Part shown: positions 60,820-64,000 of the stretch, piece by piece
How the letters are laid out: every line of letters begins with the position of its first letter
How positions within the stretch are numbered: the first letter of the stretch is position 1
Source of the DNA: Nitrososphaeraceae archaeon
Lineage (GTDB): Archaea; Thermoproteota; Nitrososphaeria; Nitrososphaerales; Nitrososphaeraceae
Reading direction: 5' to 3'
Assembly (NCBI GenBank): GCA_035250975.1
Contig: DATFEP010000043.1
Span: 1 to 64,000 of the forward strand
DNA length: 64,000 nt
Notes under the pieces: generated by a model
The model's input: only the letters and a program-made list of their open reading frames with translations
Told to the model about the DNA's origin: nothing
The model's database searches: none
Position numbers and translations under genes: made by a program

Positions 60820-61815
60820 CTGATTCCTATAACTGAAGCAACATTTATCGACGCTATTGAAAACATCACTAAGAATGTGGTTAATATTGCGAGTGTGAAA
60901 ATGGTAACTGATCAGCTCTTCCGTATATTTCCAATTGAAGGTGTCGGATCTGGCATTATCATCGATAGTCAAGGTCACATACTCACAAATTATCATGTAG
61001 TCGACCATGCCAGGAGATTAAAAGTTACCTTACATGACGGAAGAACATTTAATGCTAAAGTAATAGGAACTGATAAGCTAACTGACCTTGCTGTATTAAA
61101 AATCGAATTGAATTCTATAAGTTTTGATGAATCTAACAATAATGATACTAATTATCATGATAACAAGTCAATAACCTCGGTGCCATTTGCTAAATTAGGA
61201 GATTCTGACGTTCTAAAAGTGGGTCAAATAGTCATAGCCGTTGGTAATCCATTTGGTCTAACAGGAGGACCTACGGTTACGACCGGAATTATTAGTTCCA
61301 TAAATAGAAACATCGAATTTGAGGATGGAGTATTAGAATTGGTTCAAACCGATGCAGCAATAAATCCAGGCAATTCTGGCGGACCTTTAGTAAATACTAG
61401 CGGAGAAGTAGTTGCCATCAATACTGCAAAAATACCTTATGCCCATGGAATAGGATTTGCAATCCCCGTTAACACAGCAAAAAAGGTATTGGAGGAGTTA
61501 ATACAATATGGGAAGGTCAATCGACCATGGTTAGGCATCTCTACAATCAAGATAACCGGTAGAATAGCAAGGTATTATCGGTTACCAACCAATGAAGGTG
61601 CGCTAGTTGTAAAGGTGGAAGAATATAGTCCCGCAGCTGATGCAGGAATAAGACCAGGTGATATCATCGAGGAGATTGATGATAAAAGGATAGAAGAAAT
61701 AACAGAGCTTTCATCTCAAATCAAAAAGAAGAAGATAAATGAAAAAACTTTATTATCTGTGAATAGATATGGGAGACGATTTAATGTTTCAGTGATATTG
61801 GAGAATCAGCCATAA
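60820..61815 (+). CDS. htrA: HtrA/DegP-family trypsin-like serine protease with PDZ; probable CTG start at 60820
   Basis: GSGII, LTNYHVV, DLAVLK, GNSGGPL, PDZ; AGGAGGT 8 nt before in-frame CTG. Confidence 0.9.
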   Translation: MIPITEATFIDAIENITKNVVNIASVKMVTDQLFRIFPIEGVGSGIIIDSQGHILTNYHVVDHARRLKVTLHDGRTFNAKVIGTDKLTDLAVLKIELNSISFDESNNNDTNYHDNKSITSVPFAKLGDSDVLKVGQIVIAVGNPFGLTGGPTVTTGIISSINRNIEFEDGVLELVQTDAAINPGNSGGPLVNTSGEVVAINTAKIPYAHGIGFAIPVNTAKKVLEELIQYGKVNRPWLGISTIKITGRIARYYRLPTNEGALVVKVEEYSPAADAGIRPGDIIEEIDDKRIEEITELSSQIKKKKINEKTLLSVNRYGRRFNVSVILENQP

Positions 61816-61930
61816 CTATTTTTTTTTATGTTTTCTGTTACTAAATGAGTTCATTTTACTTACCATATAGTAAGTTGCTTTATACATATCCACTTACCAA
61901 TTTATATATACTTACATTAATATAGTTAAT

Positions 61931-62674
61931 GTGGCGTGTAAAATAAAAATAAAAGAAAATACTCAAATTCAAAATAAAAATAGCATAGATAAGGATAATT
62001 TAACCGTATTACTTACATCGTTTCCGGATAAACAAAAGATATATGATAATAATTCTTCTATATCTCTCTCAGACCTTAGACAACATGATATAGATATTAT
62101 GAATATTTTGTATGGTAATGAAGATGAAAATACTATAGCCACATTTTCATTTAATGGACTCAAGAGTATGTTAGATATACATCAAGAAATTTTATCAAGA
62201 TCACTGAGACGATTACAGGAATTGGGTTTGATTGAGAGAACCAAATTAGGATATAGATCTACGAAAGATGGAAAAATAATATTTTCAAATCTGAAGGGTT
62301 CATCAAATGAAGAAATAAGTAATCAAACAAAATATACACAAATTCTTCAAGTGTATGTACCATACAAACTTGTTAATAAAAAAATAGTTCAAAGTATTTC
62401 AGGAAAATGGTTTGACAACCTAAGATGGGTAGGTATGGTACAAACATTAACAGGGTATCAGTTAAAATGGAAAGATATAGAAAACTGTATCGAAATAGTT
62501 GTGTATCTGTCTGAGAATAATATCATCATAGAAACAAACGACAATCAGTCAGATATTTCCAAAGCATTCAGATATTCTACAAGAATCATAGAATCAATTG
62601 GTGACATAGTAATTGAAAATAACTCTTTAATTTATCCTATAAAAAATAATGATTACAATAAAATAGATAATTAA
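61931..62674 (+). CDS. winged-HTH domain protein
   Basis: FSFNGLK..IHQEILSRSLRRL..LGLIER..GYR.T..G. Confidence 0.78.
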   Translation: MACKIKIKENTQIQNKNSIDKDNLTVLLTSFPDKQKIYDNNSSISLSDLRQHDIDIMNILYGNEDENTIATFSFNGLKSMLDIHQEILSRSLRRLQELGLIERTKLGYRSTKDGKIIFSNLKGSSNEEISNQTKYTQILQVYVPYKLVNKKIVQSISGKWFDNLRWVGMVQTLTGYQLKWKDIENCIEIVVYLSENNIIIETNDNQSDISKAFRYSTRIIESIGDIVIENNSLIYPIKNNDYNKIDN

Positions 62675-63218
62675 TGACAAATTAATGATTCTTCCGAATA
62701 TATGTTATTTTTCGTATATACGCCTTTTAATATAAAAATAATTAATTATATAGAGATAAAAGAATTCTATATAGGATTTGATCCAATCACTTATCGATTA
62801 GGCTAAAAGAGATAAAGAGAATTAAACTGATAGAGAGAAGGAGCAGTCCAAGTGAAGACGATATCAGCAACGAACACTATCCTAAGCAAAGATGACTGAT
62901 TTCTTACCGAGCAGGGTTGATTGTTGTTGGTACTTTTGAAATAATGCACCAGAATATTTTATTTGCAAATATACCAAAAAAGCAGAATTCAAAAAAACAA
63001 ATGATAAAACAATGTTGCAACTAACAGACATGAAAAATAAATTTGTCTAAATTTTATTTTGTGAATAAAAGAAATATGACTTCAAAAACAACAACTAGTC
63101 AATATTTTGATAAACATATTAATCTATTCTTGTTTAAAGATGATAAAAACATAAATTGTTTTGTGACTTTATTTGAAAATGTAGGTCTATATTTACCTGA
63201 TACTATACTATATATATT

Positions 63219-63560
63219 ATGACAAAAGAATTAGAAAAAGTTGTTTCATTGAATGCAACAGATTGGAACGACAAAGTATTGCATTCTGATATCCCAGTGC
63301 TAGTAGATTTTTGGGCAGAGTGGTGTGGTCCCTGTAAAATGGTTGGCCCAATTGTTGAACAATTAGCTTACTCTCTAGATGGAAAAGTTAAAGTCTCTAA
63401 ACTTAACGTTGATCAAAATGAAGAAATTGCAGTAAAATATAATATTCAATCTATACCTTCACTAGTTTTGTTTAAAAATGGCAATGAGATAGCTCGAACT
63501 GTGGGAGTTTCTCCAAAGGAAAAATACGAAGCATTTGTGAATAGTGCATTAAATTCATAA
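63219..63560 (+). CDS. trxA: thioredoxin
   Basis: VDFWAEWCGPCK. Confidence 0.95.
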   Translation: MTKELEKVVSLNATDWNDKVLHSDIPVLVDFWAEWCGPCKMVGPIVEQLAYSLDGKVKVSKLNVDQNEEIAVKYNIQSIPSLVLFKNGNEIARTVGVSPKEKYEAFVNSALNS

Positions 63561-64000
63561 ACAACTGTCCACTATTTGTTCATTTATATCATTGTGTCCA
63601 AAATGAAGTATAATGATTAGGAACACTATCTACAAGATAGGCTGATGCCTTATCATAGAAGGTGTTATTAGGTCTAATCATTGAAGAAACAATATAATTA
63701 AATTGTTGTGGATTTCCAAAGAACATGGGATCTATAAACACTTGAACCATATTTTTGAACATATCCGATATTTTGGATAATGGAAGATTATATTTATTGT
63801 TAGTATTATTAAAAATTGGATTCGCTGTAAGACATAAACAGGTGCAGAAAGAGACCATAAGAGATTATCTTACTGAGCAAGACAAGCCCCTCTAAATGAG
63901 AAATAGGAATGAAATCAACGATTACGATATGAGATTAGGGAGAATGCCAAACTACTATAGGACCTTTCACTAGGAAAACATATCATCATACAAATTAAGG

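Noticed and set aside
62841-62920. Possible C/D box sRNA (GTGAAGA ... CTGA)
   Set aside because: Boxes are degenerate and spacing does not give a consistent C-D'-C'-D layout
60382-63858. Short ORFs 60382-60579, 60745-61008 and 63589-63858
   Set aside because: No recognisable motifs; one is antisense to htrA; support too weak to call

Overview
AT-rich archaeal chromosome segment. Gene content (RadA, TFE, RtcB, Rps11, GTP cyclohydrolase III, an ADP-forming acyl-CoA synthetase of the 3HP/4HB-cycle type, BHB-intron tRNAs) points to a soil ammonia-oxidising archaeon (Nitrososphaerota, Nitrosocosmicus-like; inferred). 1-9.3 kb is accessory: secreted/membrane proteins and an IS5-family element with an 8-bp target duplication. 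About 9.5-47.5 kb is core and includes a riboflavin operon with an embedded amidohydrolase, a solo Cas4-like nuclease, three tRNAs (two with double introns), and an orphan 7-repeat type I-B-like CRISPR array beside tRNA-Thr with one duplicated spacer. From tRNA-Gly (47.7 kb) to about 60.6 kb is a decayed island: integrase/hsdM fusion scar, HNH pseudogene, GC-rich SDR, orphan contractile-injection-system tube gene, and a PolB2 cassette (inactive RadA-like, two small paralogues, PolB2) divergent from a PD-(D/E)XK nuclease, with a perfect palindrome over its start. That cassette is the best candidate for a new system: a regulated, mutasome-like damage-tolerance module. All family calls are from motif recognition by eye; no database searches were run.
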